Assembly: GCF_000299915.1 (NCBI RefSeq)
Contig: NZ_AMRI01000027.1
Span: forward strand, 1 to 57,353
DNA length: 57,353 nucleotides
Origin: Gallaecimonas xiamenensis 3-C-1
Lineage (GTDB): Bacteria > Pseudomonadota > Gammaproteobacteria > Enterobacterales > Gallaecimonadaceae
Direction of reading: 5' to 3'
This document shows, piece after piece, positions 27,504-37,208 of the stretch. The notes beneath the pieces were generated by a model, which was not told the DNA's origin, searched no databases, and saw nothing but the letters and a program-made list of their open reading frames with translations. The position numbers were made by a program, and so were the translations under genes. How positions within the stretch are numbered: position 1 is the stretch's first letter; each line of letters starts with the position of its first letter.

Positions 27504-28907
27504 ATGGACGCCCAGCCCCTTTGCAACCTGACCTTCGACGAGCTGGCCCTGGGCCAGAGCGCCAGCCTGACCCGCACTTTGACCCAGCACGATATCGACC
27601 TCTTTGCGGTGATGTCCGGGGACGTCAACCCGGCCCATATGAACCCCGACTACGCCAAGGCCAGCCTCTTTCATGGCGTTATCGGCCACGGCATGTGGTC
27701 GGGGGCCCTGATTTCCACCGTGCTGGGTACCCAGCTGCCCGGCCCCGGCACCATCTACCTGGGCCAGGACATCCGCTTTTTAAAACCGGTGCACGTAGGG
27801 GATACCATCACTGTCACCCTCACCGTCAAGCACAAGGCCACCGGCAAGCCCCTGGTGGAATTTGACTGCCAATGCCATAACGGCAAGGGCGAGCTGGTGG
27901 TGGCAGGCACCGCCACTGTGCTGGCCCCCACCGAGCACCTGCGCCTGCCCCGCCCGGTATTGCCCCAGGTGGAGCTGTACCAGGACCACTACCAGGACAT
28001 TCTGGCCCGCTGCCGCACCCTGGGAGCCGTCAAGACCGCCCTGGTGCACCCGGTCAACGGCGCCGCCCTGGCCGCCGCCCTGGAAGCGGCCGCCGAAAAC
28101 CTCATCGAACCTGTGCTGGTGGGCCCCAAGGAGCGGATCCTGGCTGCCGCCCGCGACAACAACATCGATATCAGCCCCTGGCAACTGATTGACGTGGAGC
28201 ACAGCCATGCCGCTGCCGCCAAGGCGGTGGAGCTGGCGGCCAGCGGCCAGGTGGCCGCCATCATGAAAGGGGCCCTGCACAGCGACGAACTGCTGGGAGC
28301 CGTGGTCAAAGGCAGCGGCGGCCTGCGCACCGAAAGGCGCATCTCCCATGCCTACATCATGGAAGTGCGGGGCTACCCCAAGCCCCTTATCATCACCGAC
28401 GCCGCCATCAACATCGCCCCCACCCTGGAAGAAAAGGCCGATATCTGCCAGAACGCCATCACCCTGTGGCACACCCTGTTCGGCCACCATCGCCTGCCCA
28501 AGGTGGCGCTGCTGTCGGCGGTGGAAACCGTCACCAGCCGCATGGCCTCTACCCTGGACGCCGCCTGCCTTTGCAAGATGGCCGACCGGGGCCAGATCAG
28601 CGGCGCCCTGCTAGACGGCCCCCTGGCCCTGGACAACGCCATCAGCCCCCAGGCCGCCCGGGAAAAAGGCATCGACTCGCCGGTAGCCGGTGACGCCGAC
28701 ATCCTGGTGGTACCCGACATCGAAGCGGGCAACATGCTGGCCAAGCAACTGACCTTCCTGGGCCAGGCCAACGCCGCCGGCATAGTGCTGGGGGCCAGGG
28801 TGCCCATCATCCTCACCAGCCGCGCCGACAGCCTGCGTACCCGATTGCTGTCCTGCGCCACCGCCGTGTTCCTGTCCGCCGCCCGCCAGCAGGGGGACCT
28901 GAAATGA
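27504..28907 (+). CDS. bifunctional MaoC-like (R)-specific enoyl-CoA hydratase (PhaJ-like) :: phosphate acyltransferase (Pta/Ptb-like) fusion
   Basis: N-terminal ~150 aa hot-dog MaoC domain (..SGDVNPAHMNPDYAKASLFHGVIGHGMW..). C-terminal ~320 aa PTA_PTB domain. Confidence 0.8.
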   Translation: MDAQPLCNLTFDELALGQSASLTRTLTQHDIDLFAVMSGDVNPAHMNPDYAKASLFHGVIGHGMWSGALISTVLGTQLPGPGTIYLGQDIRFLKPVHVGDTITVTLTVKHKATGKPLVEFDCQCHNGKGELVVAGTATVLAPTEHLRLPRPVLPQVELYQDHYQDILARCRTLGAVKTALVHPVNGAALAAALEAAAENLIEPVLVGPKERILAAARDNNIDISPWQLIDVEHSHAAAAKAVELAASGQVAAIMKGALHSDELLGAVVKGSGGLRTERRISHAYIMEVRGYPKPLIITDAAINIAPTLEEKADICQNAITLWHTLFGHHRLPKVALLSAVETVTSRMASTLDAACLCKMADRGQISGALLDGPLALDNAISPQAAREKGIDSPVAGDADILVVPDIEAGNMLAKQLTFLGQANAAGIVLGARVPIILTSRADSLRTRLLSCATAVFLSAARQQGDLK

Positions 28908-30022
28908 CCCAGGCCCTGTTGGTGCTCAATACCGGCTCGTCCAGTGTCAAATTCCGGGTCTTTGCCCTGGCGCCGGGGCTGGCGCTGCTGGCCGGTGGCA
29001 AGATTGAAGATATCGGCAGCGGCGCCAGCATCAAGGCCAATGTGGCTGGCGGCCAGGCCACCCTGGGAGCCCTGCCCGAGGTCAAGGACCACGACCAGGC
29101 GGTATCGCTGATGCTCGATTGGCTGGACAGCCACAACAGCGGCTGGCAGCTGGTGGCCTGCGCCCACCGCATCGTTCACGGCGGCGACCGCTACCAGCAG
29201 GCCACAGCCTTGGACGAGGCCGCCCTCGATTACCTGGCGGGGCTGACCCCCCTGGCCCCCCTGCACCAGCCCCACAACCTGGCCGGGGTGGCGCTGGTGG
29301 CGGCAAGGCGCCCCGGCCTTCGCCATTACGGCTGCTTTGACACCGCCTTTCATGCCCGCCACCAGCCCCTGTTCAACCGCTATGCCCTGCCGGACCGCCT
29401 CTTTGAGCGGGGCATACGCCGCTACGGCTTTCATGGCCTGTCCTACGACTGGCTGGCCCATTGCCTGCGCCAGGAATACCCGGCCCTGGCCCAAGGCAAG
29501 GTGGTGGCCGCCCACCTGGGTAACGGCGCCAGCCTCTGCGCCATGGCTGGCGGCGCCAGCGTCGACACCACCATGGGCATGACCGCCCTCGAAGGGCTGC
29601 CCATGGGCACCCGCTGCGGCAACCTGGACGCCGGGGCGGTGTTTTTCATGGTCAAGGATCTGGGCATGGCCCTGGCCGAAGCCGAGCGCCTGCTCTATGA
29701 AGAGTCGGGCCTCAAGGGGCTGTCGGGGATCAGTAACGACGTCAAGGTACTGCTGGCAAGCGCCGAGCCCAGGGCCCGTTTTGCCCTGGATTTTTTCGCC
29801 CTGAAAGTGGCCCAGCAGGTGGCGGCCATGGCGGTGTCCCTGGGGGGGCTGGACGCCCTGCTCTTTACCGGCGGCATAGGGGAAAACGCCGCCCCCATCC
29901 GCCGCCAGATCCTAAGCCACCTGGCCTTTTTACCGCCCTTTGCCCACCTGGTGATCGCCGCCAATGAAGAGGCCGCCATGGCCACCGAGATCCTCGAAGG
30001 CTTTGCCAAGGAGCTGCTATGA
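28904..30022 (+). CDS. acetate/propionate/butyrate-family acyl kinase
   Basis: LVLNTGSSSVKF N-terminus and ASKHA-fold motifs. Start overlaps the upstream stop (ATGA). Confidence 0.8.
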   Translation: MTQALLVLNTGSSSVKFRVFALAPGLALLAGGKIEDIGSGASIKANVAGGQATLGALPEVKDHDQAVSLMLDWLDSHNSGWQLVACAHRIVHGGDRYQQATALDEAALDYLAGLTPLAPLHQPHNLAGVALVAARRPGLRHYGCFDTAFHARHQPLFNRYALPDRLFERGIRRYGFHGLSYDWLAHCLRQEYPALAQGKVVAAHLGNGASLCAMAGGASVDTTMGMTALEGLPMGTRCGNLDAGAVFFMVKDLGMALAEAERLLYEESGLKGLSGISNDVKVLLASAEPRARFALDFFALKVAQQVAAMAVSLGGLDALLFTGGIGENAAPIRRQILSHLAFLPPFAHLVIAANEEAAMATEILEGFAKELL

Positions 30023-30777
30023 CCCGTCCCCTGTGCGGCCTGATCGTCGGCCTGGCCAACAATGAGTCCATTGCCTTTGGCTGTGCCAAGGCCCTAAAGG
30101 CCATGGGCGCCCAGCTGGCCGTCACCTACCAGAGCGACAAGGCCAAGCCCCATGTGGCGCCCCTGGCCAGCGACCTGGAGGCGGATATCTTTTTGCCCCT
30201 GGATGTGCGGGACGAGGGCCAGATGCAGGCGCTGTTCCAGACCCTTGGCAGCCGCTGGGGGCGGCTGGACTTTGTGCTCCATTCCATCGCCTTTGCCCCC
30301 AAGGCCGACCTGCAGGGGCGCTTTGTCGACAGCTCGGCGGCGGGCTTTACCACGGCCATGGACATCTCCTGCCATTCCCTAGTGCGCCTGGCCCGCTACA
30401 GCGAGCCGCTGATGGCCGAGGGCGGCGCCCTGCTGACCATGAGCTATTACGGGGCCCAGAAGGTGATTGCCAACTACAACCTGATGGGGCCGGTCAAGGC
30501 GGCCCTGGAAGCCAGCGTCCGCTACCTGGCGGCCGAACTTGGCCCCAAGAACATCAGGGTCAATGCCCTGTCCCCCGGCCCGGTGCTGACCCGCGCCGCC
30601 TCTGGCCTGGCCCATTTTGACCAGCTGATGGCCCAGGCCGCCGCCAAGGCGCCCCTGCACCAGCGGGTGTCCATCGACCAGATAGGGGAAGCGGCAGCCT
30701 TTTTATTGTCGGACAAGGCCCGTCATATCACCGGCCAGGTGCTGATGGTGGATAACGGCGTCAGCGCCCTTGGCTAA
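30019..30777 (+). CDS. fabI: FabI-family enoyl-[acyl-carrier-protein] reductase (NADH)
   Basis: HSIAFAP, NYNLMGPVKAALEASVRYLA and RVNALSPGPVLTRAASG align with the E. coli FabI catalytic Tyr/Lys region. Start overlaps the upstream stop. Confidence 0.75.
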   Translation: MTRPLCGLIVGLANNESIAFGCAKALKAMGAQLAVTYQSDKAKPHVAPLASDLEADIFLPLDVRDEGQMQALFQTLGSRWGRLDFVLHSIAFAPKADLQGRFVDSSAAGFTTAMDISCHSLVRLARYSEPLMAEGGALLTMSYYGAQKVIANYNLMGPVKAALEASVRYLAAELGPKNIRVNALSPGPVLTRAASGLAHFDQLMAQAAAKAPLHQRVSIDQIGEAAAFLLSDKARHITGQVLMVDNGVSALG

Positions 30778-31414
30778 GCAGCCAGTCACAGGCGGCGTCC
30801 ATGTCCGCCAACACCGCAGCGGCGCCGCTAAAGTCGTGGCCTTGGGACAATTCGTTGGGAATGGCGATACAGCCAAGGCCCGCCGCCAGGGCCGAGGCCA
30901 GGCCATGGGCGGTATCTTCTACCGCCAGGGCCTGATCCTTATCCAGCCCCAGCCGGGACAGGGCTAACAGGTAGGGTTCGGGGTGGGGTTTGCCAAAGTG
31001 CACGTCATCGCCACAGACGATGGTTTCAAAGAGGCTGTCAAAGCCGTAGGCACGGCAGCTGGCGGCCACTTCATGGCGGCCAGCGCCGGTGACCATGGCC
31101 AGGCGCAGCCCGGCTGCTTTGAGGCGGGCCAGGGTCCGGGCCACCCCGGGCAGCAAGGGAAAGGCCGCCTCGGCCAGGAAGCGGCGGGTGAGGTCGCCTT
31201 TGGCGGCCAATAGCTCGGCCGCCGTGGTTTGCGGATGGCGCCCGGCCAGCAGCTCCGCATTGGCCCGGGTGGGCATGCCGGCAAAATGCCGGTCGTACTC
31301 GGCCTTGGCCAGGCTCAGCCCCAAGGGCGCCAGCGTCTCTAGCCACAGTTGGTAATGGATCTGTTCCGACGCCACCAGGGTGCCGTCATGGTCAAACAAA
31401 ATGGCCTTGAGCAT
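30761..31414 (-). CDS. HAD-superfamily hydrolase (beta-phosphoglucomutase-family phosphatase)
   Basis: FDHDGTL motif I, then motifs II-IV (..MVTGAGRH.., ..GKPHPEPY.., ..VEDTAHG..). Confidence 0.75.
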   Translation of the reverse strand: MLKAILFDHDGTLVASEQIHYQLWLETLAPLGLSLAKAEYDRHFAGMPTRANAELLAGRHPQTTAAELLAAKGDLTRRFLAEAAFPLLPGVARTLARLKAAGLRLAMVTGAGRHEVAASCRAYGFDSLFETIVCGDDVHFGKPHPEPYLLALSRLGLDKDQALAVEDTAHGLASALAAGLGCIAIPNELSQGHDFSGAAAVLADMDAACDWLLSQGR

Positions 31415-31611
31415 GGAGCCTCCAGGGGCCTAAAGGAGCACTTTCAGGGCCGGACCGCAAGCCCGTGCAGGAAAGTGACGAGGGCGACAAAAATGTTGTC
31501 AAAAAGTAAAAACCAAGGTGGTAGCATAACCCCATAACAAAGAAGGGAATACTAGGCTGGGCCGGTTATCCCTCCACCACAAGCGTTTGAAACCGTTACC
31601 AGGGACCTTCA

Positions 31612-33102
31612 TTGCAAAAGCCTTATCCTCCCGAACCTGCCTTGCCACAAAGCTTGCCTTGGCGCCTCAGGTTCAACGCCATCCTGGTGCGCTACCCGCT
31701 GCTGAGCCACTTGCTGTTGGCCTTGCTGTGGCTGGGCATGTGGCGTGCTTCGGCGCTGCTGGAATACGCCCCCCACGCCAGTATCTGGTTCCCCCCGGCC
31801 GGGGTCAGCTTTGCCGCCTTGCTGCTGGTAGGCCGGCGCGCCCTGCCCTCCTTATGGGTTTGCGGCCTTATAAGCACTTTTTGGGAGAACAGCCTTTACC
31901 AGAGCCAGCACCCCTGGCCTGTGCTGGTTAGCGCCGGGGTGCTGTTCGCCTTGGCCCACAGCCTGTCCTACTGGCTGGGTGCCGCCTTTATCCAACTGCT
32001 GGCCAAAAAGGCCCTGCGCCACAACCTGCCGAAAATCATCCTGACCTTCCTGCTGGTGGGGCCCATGGCGGCGCTGCTGGCCACCGCCTTCGGTACCCAG
32101 GCCCTGGCCCTGGGTGGCGTTATGCCAGAAGCGGCAGCCCGCAACATCTGGCTGGCCTGGTGGATAGGGGACCTTATCGGCGTGGTGGTGCTGACCCCGC
32201 TCTTTGTCAGCCTGGTGGCCCAGATCTACCCCAAAAGCGGGGCCTGGCTCAGTGACGTGGGGCTGCGCCAGGAAGGGGGGCCCCTGTACGGCTACCTGAC
32301 CAAGCTGCTGCTGAGCGCCCTGCTGCTGACCCTGGCCATGGTATTGACCGCCCAATTTCACTACCAGGAAGTGGCCTTCTCGGTGTTCTTTCTCTGTATT
32401 CCCCAGATGTGGATCGTCTACACCGAAAATCCCCTGCGCGGCGGCCTGAGCCTGGCCATCCTCAGCACCCTCACCGCCCTTTGGATAAAACTGATGGGCC
32501 TGTCAGAACATGCCCTTATCTACCAGTTCGCCATCAATGTGCTGGCCGCCAGCACCTATTTTGGCCTGACCGTGCCGGTACTGGTGTCCCACAACGTGCG
32601 GCTGCGGGAGCTGGCCCTGGAGGACAACCTCACCAAGGTGGCCTCCCGTAACCACTTTTTCGACCAGGCCCAGCAGGAGCTGCAAAGGGCGGCCCATTAC
32701 CGCCAGCCCATCGCCCTGGTGGTGTTCGACATAGACCACTTCAAGGACATCAACGACAGCCTGGGCCACAGTGCCGGCGACAGCGCCCTGCGCCAGGTGG
32801 CCAAGGCCGCCCGCCAGCAGCTGCGCCAGGCCGATCTGCTGGGGCGCTTTGGTGGCGACGAATTCTTACTGTTGCTGCCAGGCAGCAACCTGGCAGAGGC
32901 GCAAGTGGCGGCCCATAGGCTGCGCCGGGCTTTGCAGGGGATCCGTGTCAAAGGCCCGGAACAGCCCCTTTCCGGCAGCTTCGGAGTGGTGGAAGTGGCC
33001 GAGGACGAAGATATCTTCGCCGCCTTCGACCGGGCCGACGGCCTACTGCTGGAAGCCAAACGCCTGGGCCGCAACCGAGTACAAGCCAGCCCGGCGGCCT
33101 AG
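31612..33102 (+). CDS. MASE1 membrane sensor - GGDEF diguanylate cyclase
   Basis: ~300-aa multi-TM MASE1-like N-terminus. Intact RFGGDEF active site and RxxD I-site region. TTG start is uncertain. Confidence 0.8.
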   Translation: MQKPYPPEPALPQSLPWRLRFNAILVRYPLLSHLLLALLWLGMWRASALLEYAPHASIWFPPAGVSFAALLLVGRRALPSLWVCGLISTFWENSLYQSQHPWPVLVSAGVLFALAHSLSYWLGAAFIQLLAKKALRHNLPKIILTFLLVGPMAALLATAFGTQALALGGVMPEAAARNIWLAWWIGDLIGVVVLTPLFVSLVAQIYPKSGAWLSDVGLRQEGGPLYGYLTKLLLSALLLTLAMVLTAQFHYQEVAFSVFFLCIPQMWIVYTENPLRGGLSLAILSTLTALWIKLMGLSEHALIYQFAINVLAASTYFGLTVPVLVSHNVRLRELALEDNLTKVASRNHFFDQAQQELQRAAHYRQPIALVVFDIDHFKDINDSLGHSAGDSALRQVAKAARQQLRQADLLGRFGGDEFLLLLPGSNLAEAQVAAHRLRRALQGIRVKGPEQPLSGSFGVVEVAEDEDIFAAFDRADGLLLEAKRLGRNRVQASPAA

Positions 33103-33107
33103 GGCCC

Positions 33108-33845
33108 TTACCTCAAATAGGCCGCCAGGGCCGGCAGCTGCTGGCGGATGGCCGCCACCGCCTGATCGCTCATGCGTTGGGCCCCCTGTGGGCTGAAGTG
33201 GGTGTTGTCCTCCACCCCCTGGGGGTAGTTGGGGTTTTGCCCCGGTGCCAACTGCAAAAAGAGGGCCCGGGACGGCTCGGCCCCCAAGCTCACCAGCACC
33301 GCTTCGCTGCGCCTGTGCATATCCAACAGCGGCACCTGTTTATCCATGGCCACCCCCCTGGTGATGGCCGGGTAAACCCCGTGCACGTCATAGAATTGGC
33401 CTTTGTCGTCGAAGCGGCGGCGCATCACCGGGGTCAGCAGTACCGGTTTGGCGCCCTTGGCCCTGACATCCGCCACGAAGCGCTCAAGGTTTTGCCGAAA
33501 AGCGTCCGGCGGCGTGTACCTGTCCACCTTTTCCTTGGACTGGTCGTTATGGCCGAACTGGATAAAGACCCAATCGCCCGGCACCAGGGCATCCACCAGG
33601 GCCTGCCAGCGCCCCTCTTCGATAAAGGTGCGGGTGGAGCGGCCATTCTTGGCCAGATTCACCACCTGCAGTTGCGGCTTGAAGGCCTGTTGCAGCCGCT
33701 CCCCCCAGCCGGTTTCCGGGCGCTTTTCGGGGAGCTTTTCGGCCAGGGTCGAATCGCCGGCAAGATATAGGTGCTGGGGCACCAGAGACGTGCTGGCGCA
33801 GCCAAATAGCCACAGGGCACTGAACAGGATAAGGGCTTTTTTCAT
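33108..33845 (-). CDS. SGNH/GDSL hydrolase, rhamnogalacturonan acetylesterase-like (CE12) lipoprotein
   Basis: Lipoprotein signal MKKALILFSALWLFGCAS. GDS(T) block LAGDSTL. Typical CE12 length. Confidence 0.7.
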   Translation of the reverse strand: MKKALILFSALWLFGCASTSLVPQHLYLAGDSTLAEKLPEKRPETGWGERLQQAFKPQLQVVNLAKNGRSTRTFIEEGRWQALVDALVPGDWVFIQFGHNDQSKEKVDRYTPPDAFRQNLERFVADVRAKGAKPVLLTPVMRRRFDDKGQFYDVHGVYPAITRGVAMDKQVPLLDMHRRSEAVLVSLGAEPSRALFLQLAPGQNPNYPQGVEDNTHFSPQGAQRMSDQAVAAIRQQLPALAAYLR

Positions 33846-33915
33846 CGGGGTTACCTCTGCCTTTTTGCCCACCATACGCCAGCGCCAAACCACCTTTTGG
33901 GCAAAAAGGGGAAAA

Positions 33916-33929
33916 TTCCATATATGGAA
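33916..33929. promoter_or_regulatory. perfect 14-bp palindrome TTCCATATATGGAA in the divergent CE12/CE8 promoter region; candidate operator
   Basis: Located between divergently transcribed pectin-modifying genes. Confidence 0.3.
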
Positions 33930-33982
33930 CAGGCCGTTAGCCAAGGGGCGTTAGCATCGTCTGGCTAACCAAGGAGGCGCCC

Positions 33983-35020
33983 ATGCGTGCAATGATGATC
34001 TGGCTTGTGCTTTTCTGTGGCTCGGCCCTGGCCGAGCCCTATCAAGCTGTGGTGGGCCCAGGGGGTGATTACCCCAGCATTGGCGCGGCCCTGGCAGCGG
34101 TGCCCAAGGACAATGGCAAGCCCTTTACCATCTTTATCCAGGACGGGGTCTACCAGGAAAAGCTCAGCGTCGATAAACCCCATGTGCGCCTTTTGGGGCA
34201 AAGCCAGGGGGGCACCATCATCCGCTTTGGCGACAGCGCCGAGGCCAAGGGCGCAGACGGCAAGGCGGTGGGCACCTGGGGCAGCTATGTGCTGCGGGTA
34301 ACGGCGCCGGATTTCTCGGCCCAGAACCTCACCATAGACAACAGCTTCGATTTCCCCGCCAACGCCGCCAAAAGCGACACCGACCCCACCAAGGTGCGCC
34401 ATACCCAGGCCGTGGCCCTGGCCACCACAGGGCAAAGCGACCGGGCGCTGTTTCGCCGGGTGACCCTTATCGGCTACCAGGACACCCTGCTGATGGACGC
34501 CGGCCGCCAGCTTTTTGAAGACTGCACCATCAAAGGCAACGTCGACTTTATCTTCGGCAAGGGCCAGGGAGTATTTCGCCGCTGCGACATCGTTTCGCGC
34601 AACCGCCCCGGCGCCAAGGTCACCGGCTATATCACCGCCCCCAGCACCGATATCAGCCAGCCTTACGGCATGCTCTTTGTGGACAACCGTTTCATAAAGG
34701 AAAAAGGGGTGCCCAAGGGCTCGGTACGCCTGGGCCGCCCCTGGCACCCCAGCGGTGACCCCAGGGCCGAAGGCTCGGCAGTCTTTATCAACAACTTTAT
34801 GGATGACCATTTCGGCCCACAAGGCTATGCGGACATAGGGGTGACGCTGCCAAGCGGCCAACCGGCCCGCTTCCAGTGGCAGCCCTGGTCGCGGTTTTTC
34901 GAGTACGGCAACACAGGCCCTGGTGCCATCAAAGATTCCAACCGGCCCCAGCTGTTGCCGGCCGCCCTGCCCTGGTACAGCGCCGACGCGGTGCTGGCCG
35001 GTTGGCAGCCGGGCCCCTAA
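33983..35020 (+). CDS. pectinesterase (pectin methylesterase, CE8)
   Basis: Signal peptide. QAVAL, GYQDTL, DFIFG and catalytic-Arg (GRPW) motifs of CE8. Confidence 0.85.
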   Translation: MRAMMIWLVLFCGSALAEPYQAVVGPGGDYPSIGAALAAVPKDNGKPFTIFIQDGVYQEKLSVDKPHVRLLGQSQGGTIIRFGDSAEAKGADGKAVGTWGSYVLRVTAPDFSAQNLTIDNSFDFPANAAKSDTDPTKVRHTQAVALATTGQSDRALFRRVTLIGYQDTLLMDAGRQLFEDCTIKGNVDFIFGKGQGVFRRCDIVSRNRPGAKVTGYITAPSTDISQPYGMLFVDNRFIKEKGVPKGSVRLGRPWHPSGDPRAEGSAVFINNFMDDHFGPQGYADIGVTLPSGQPARFQWQPWSRFFEYGNTGPGAIKDSNRPQLLPAALPWYSADAVLAGWQPGP

Positions 35021-36321
35021 AAGGCCCCCAGGGCGTTGAGGTACATTTCCAGGTTGCTGTACTGGGCCGATAGCTGGTGGCCATTAGGGTCACTGACCCC
35101 GTGGCGCCGCTCCCAGTCGTCGGCCATGCCGTTGTGGTTGGCATCGACAACCGGTGGTTGCTTGAATTCGCGCCCGTAGGCGGCCCAGCTGCCGATGGCC
35201 TGTAGCTCGCTGTCAATCAGCTGGCCCTGGCCGCTTTTCACCTCGGTGAGCACCGCACTGTCAACGCTGTCGCGAAAAAGGCCATGGGCGTTGCGGTTGG
35301 CCCCCACCTCCCCTTTTTGCACCAGCAGCTGATAGCTTTCGGCGGCGCTTTGGCTGGCCAGCATCAACGCCATAGCGGGGTAGCGAAAGGCCTTGGTTTT
35401 TAAGTGCTTGGCAGCCAGCTTGGCCATGTCCTCGTCGTTGAGCCTTGGCCAGGCGGTAAGGCTAGCGGACGCCTTACCGGCCATCAGGTTACCACTTAAG
35501 AAAAGGTCCCCGGCCTTATCGGCGCCCCACAGCTCGAAGATGGCGCGGTGTTGGCTGGCCGGCCCCGGCAGGTAGCTGTTGCCAATGATATTGACCTTGC
35601 CCTGCTCGTTGCCGTAGCTGCCGTGCTCGCCCCAGTTGAAGATGACGTTATTGCGAAAATCCACCAGCTCTTCGCCCTGGGGATAATTTGGCCCCAGGCG
35701 CCAGCCGTTAAAACGGGGCAAGCGGCTTTGATGGTTGGCCAGTAGATTGTGGTGAAAGCTGGCCCCCCGGCCACCCCAGATACCGCCATAGCCGTGCTCG
35801 CCCTTGATATGGCCGGCGTGGTCCAGGCTCTGGGCAATCAGGCTGTATTGCAGGGTAAAGCGATTGTTGTTGTAAAAGCTGGCGGTCTCGTCGATGGACC
35901 AACTCATGGAGCAGTGGTCGATGATGATGTCGCTGTGCTGGCGGCCGTTGATGGCGTCCCAGTCGTCAGCAACGCGCCCTAAGCGAAAGCGAAGATAACG
36001 GATGATCACCTGGTCGGCTTCCACCCGGGTTTCGGCGCCTTTAAGGACGATGCCCCCCGGCGAGCTTTGCCCGGCCAGGGTCAGCTGGCCTTGGCTGATG
36101 ACAAGCGGCTTTTTAAGGTCAATAACCCCGGAGACGCTAAACACCACGATGCGCGGCCCGGCTTGTTCGATGGCCCAGCGCAGGGTGCCGGGGCTGGCAT
36201 CGTCTTTTAACGAATCCACAATCAGCACCTGGCCGCCACGGCCCCCTACCGTGTAGCGGCCAAGGCCATCTGCGCCGGGAAAGGCCAGCACCTGGGCCAG
36301 CAACAATGCGCTCAGGCCCAT
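35017..36321 (-). CDS. pectate lyase (PL1 family)
   Basis: Signal peptide. Parallel beta-helix lyase motifs (..DHCSMSWSIDE.., ..NNVIFNWGEHG..). Confidence 0.8.
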   Translation of the reverse strand: MGLSALLLAQVLAFPGADGLGRYTVGGRGGQVLIVDSLKDDASPGTLRWAIEQAGPRIVVFSVSGVIDLKKPLVISQGQLTLAGQSSPGGIVLKGAETRVEADQVIIRYLRFRLGRVADDWDAINGRQHSDIIIDHCSMSWSIDETASFYNNNRFTLQYSLIAQSLDHAGHIKGEHGYGGIWGGRGASFHHNLLANHQSRLPRFNGWRLGPNYPQGEELVDFRNNVIFNWGEHGSYGNEQGKVNIIGNSYLPGPASQHRAIFELWGADKAGDLFLSGNLMAGKASASLTAWPRLNDEDMAKLAAKHLKTKAFRYPAMALMLASQSAAESYQLLVQKGEVGANRNAHGLFRDSVDSAVLTEVKSGQGQLIDSELQAIGSWAAYGREFKQPPVVDANHNGMADDWERRHGVSDPNGHQLSAQYSNLEMYLNALGAF

Positions 36322-37208
36322 TGGCTTTGCTCGATAATGGCGCCTCGGTAGCCTATCACCCGCCTTGCAAGGGCCGCCCCCAGCTTGGCCGCCTCCAGGG
36401 GGCTTTGGCCGTCCAGGCGCGCCGCCAGGTAGCCGCCGTTAAAGGAATCGCCGGCGGCGGTGGTGTCCACCACCTGCTCGGCCGGGGTCACGGCAAGGTA
36501 CTGACCGTTCACAAAAAGCCGCTCCGGCCCCTGCTTTATCACCAGCTCCTTGACCCCAAGGCCGGTTAAAAAATCTGCCGCCTGCTCCGGGCTTTGCTGG
36601 CCCCACAGCAGCTGATGTTCTTCGAGCCCCGGCAAGGCGATATCAGCGCAGCCATAGGCCTGCGCCAGCCAATGGGCCGCCTCTTCCTTGCCCCAGAGCT
36701 TGGCCCTGTAGTTGGGGTCAAACACCAAGGTGGCGCCTTGGGCGCGCAGCGCCTTTAAGCGCCCCAGCAGCAGCGCCCGGTGCTCGGCGCTTAAAATGGC
36801 CAGGCTAATGCCGGAGAACAGCAGCAGATCGGTACCACTAAAGGCGGCGCCGTTATCCTCTTCGATGCAGCGCACCAGTTGCCGGGCGGCGGCTTGGCTG
36901 CGCCAGTACAAAAAATTGCGCTCGCCGTTCTCGTCCACCTCAATCAAATAAAGCCCAGGCATGGCTCCTGCCAACTGATAGCAGTGGCGGTTGTCGAGGC
37001 CTTCGGCGCGAAAACGCGCCAGCATCGCCTCGCTCATGGCATCGTCGCCAACGGCGGTGAGCAGCCCCACCTGGGCCGGGGTTTTCAGGCTGCGCTTTAA
37101 GTAAACGGCGGTGTTGTAGACATCGCCGGCAAAGCCCTGGCGATAGAGGCCGCCCTCGGCGGCGGCCATCTCCACCATGCATTCCCCCAGCATCAGCAGT
37201 TTTTTCAT
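36312..37208 (-). CDS. kdgK: 2-dehydro-3-deoxygluconokinase
   Basis: PfkB-family sugar kinase (..DTTAAGDSFNGGYLA..) in a hexuronate operon. Confidence 0.8.
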   Translation of the reverse strand: MKKLLMLGECMVEMAAAEGGLYRQGFAGDVYNTAVYLKRSLKTPAQVGLLTAVGDDAMSEAMLARFRAEGLDNRHCYQLAGAMPGLYLIEVDENGERNFLYWRSQAAARQLVRCIEEDNGAAFSGTDLLLFSGISLAILSAEHRALLLGRLKALRAQGATLVFDPNYRAKLWGKEEAAHWLAQAYGCADIALPGLEEHQLLWGQQSPEQAADFLTGLGVKELVIKQGPERLFVNGQYLAVTPAEQVVDTTAAGDSFNGGYLAARLDGQSPLEAAKLGAALARRVIGYRGAIIEQSQWA

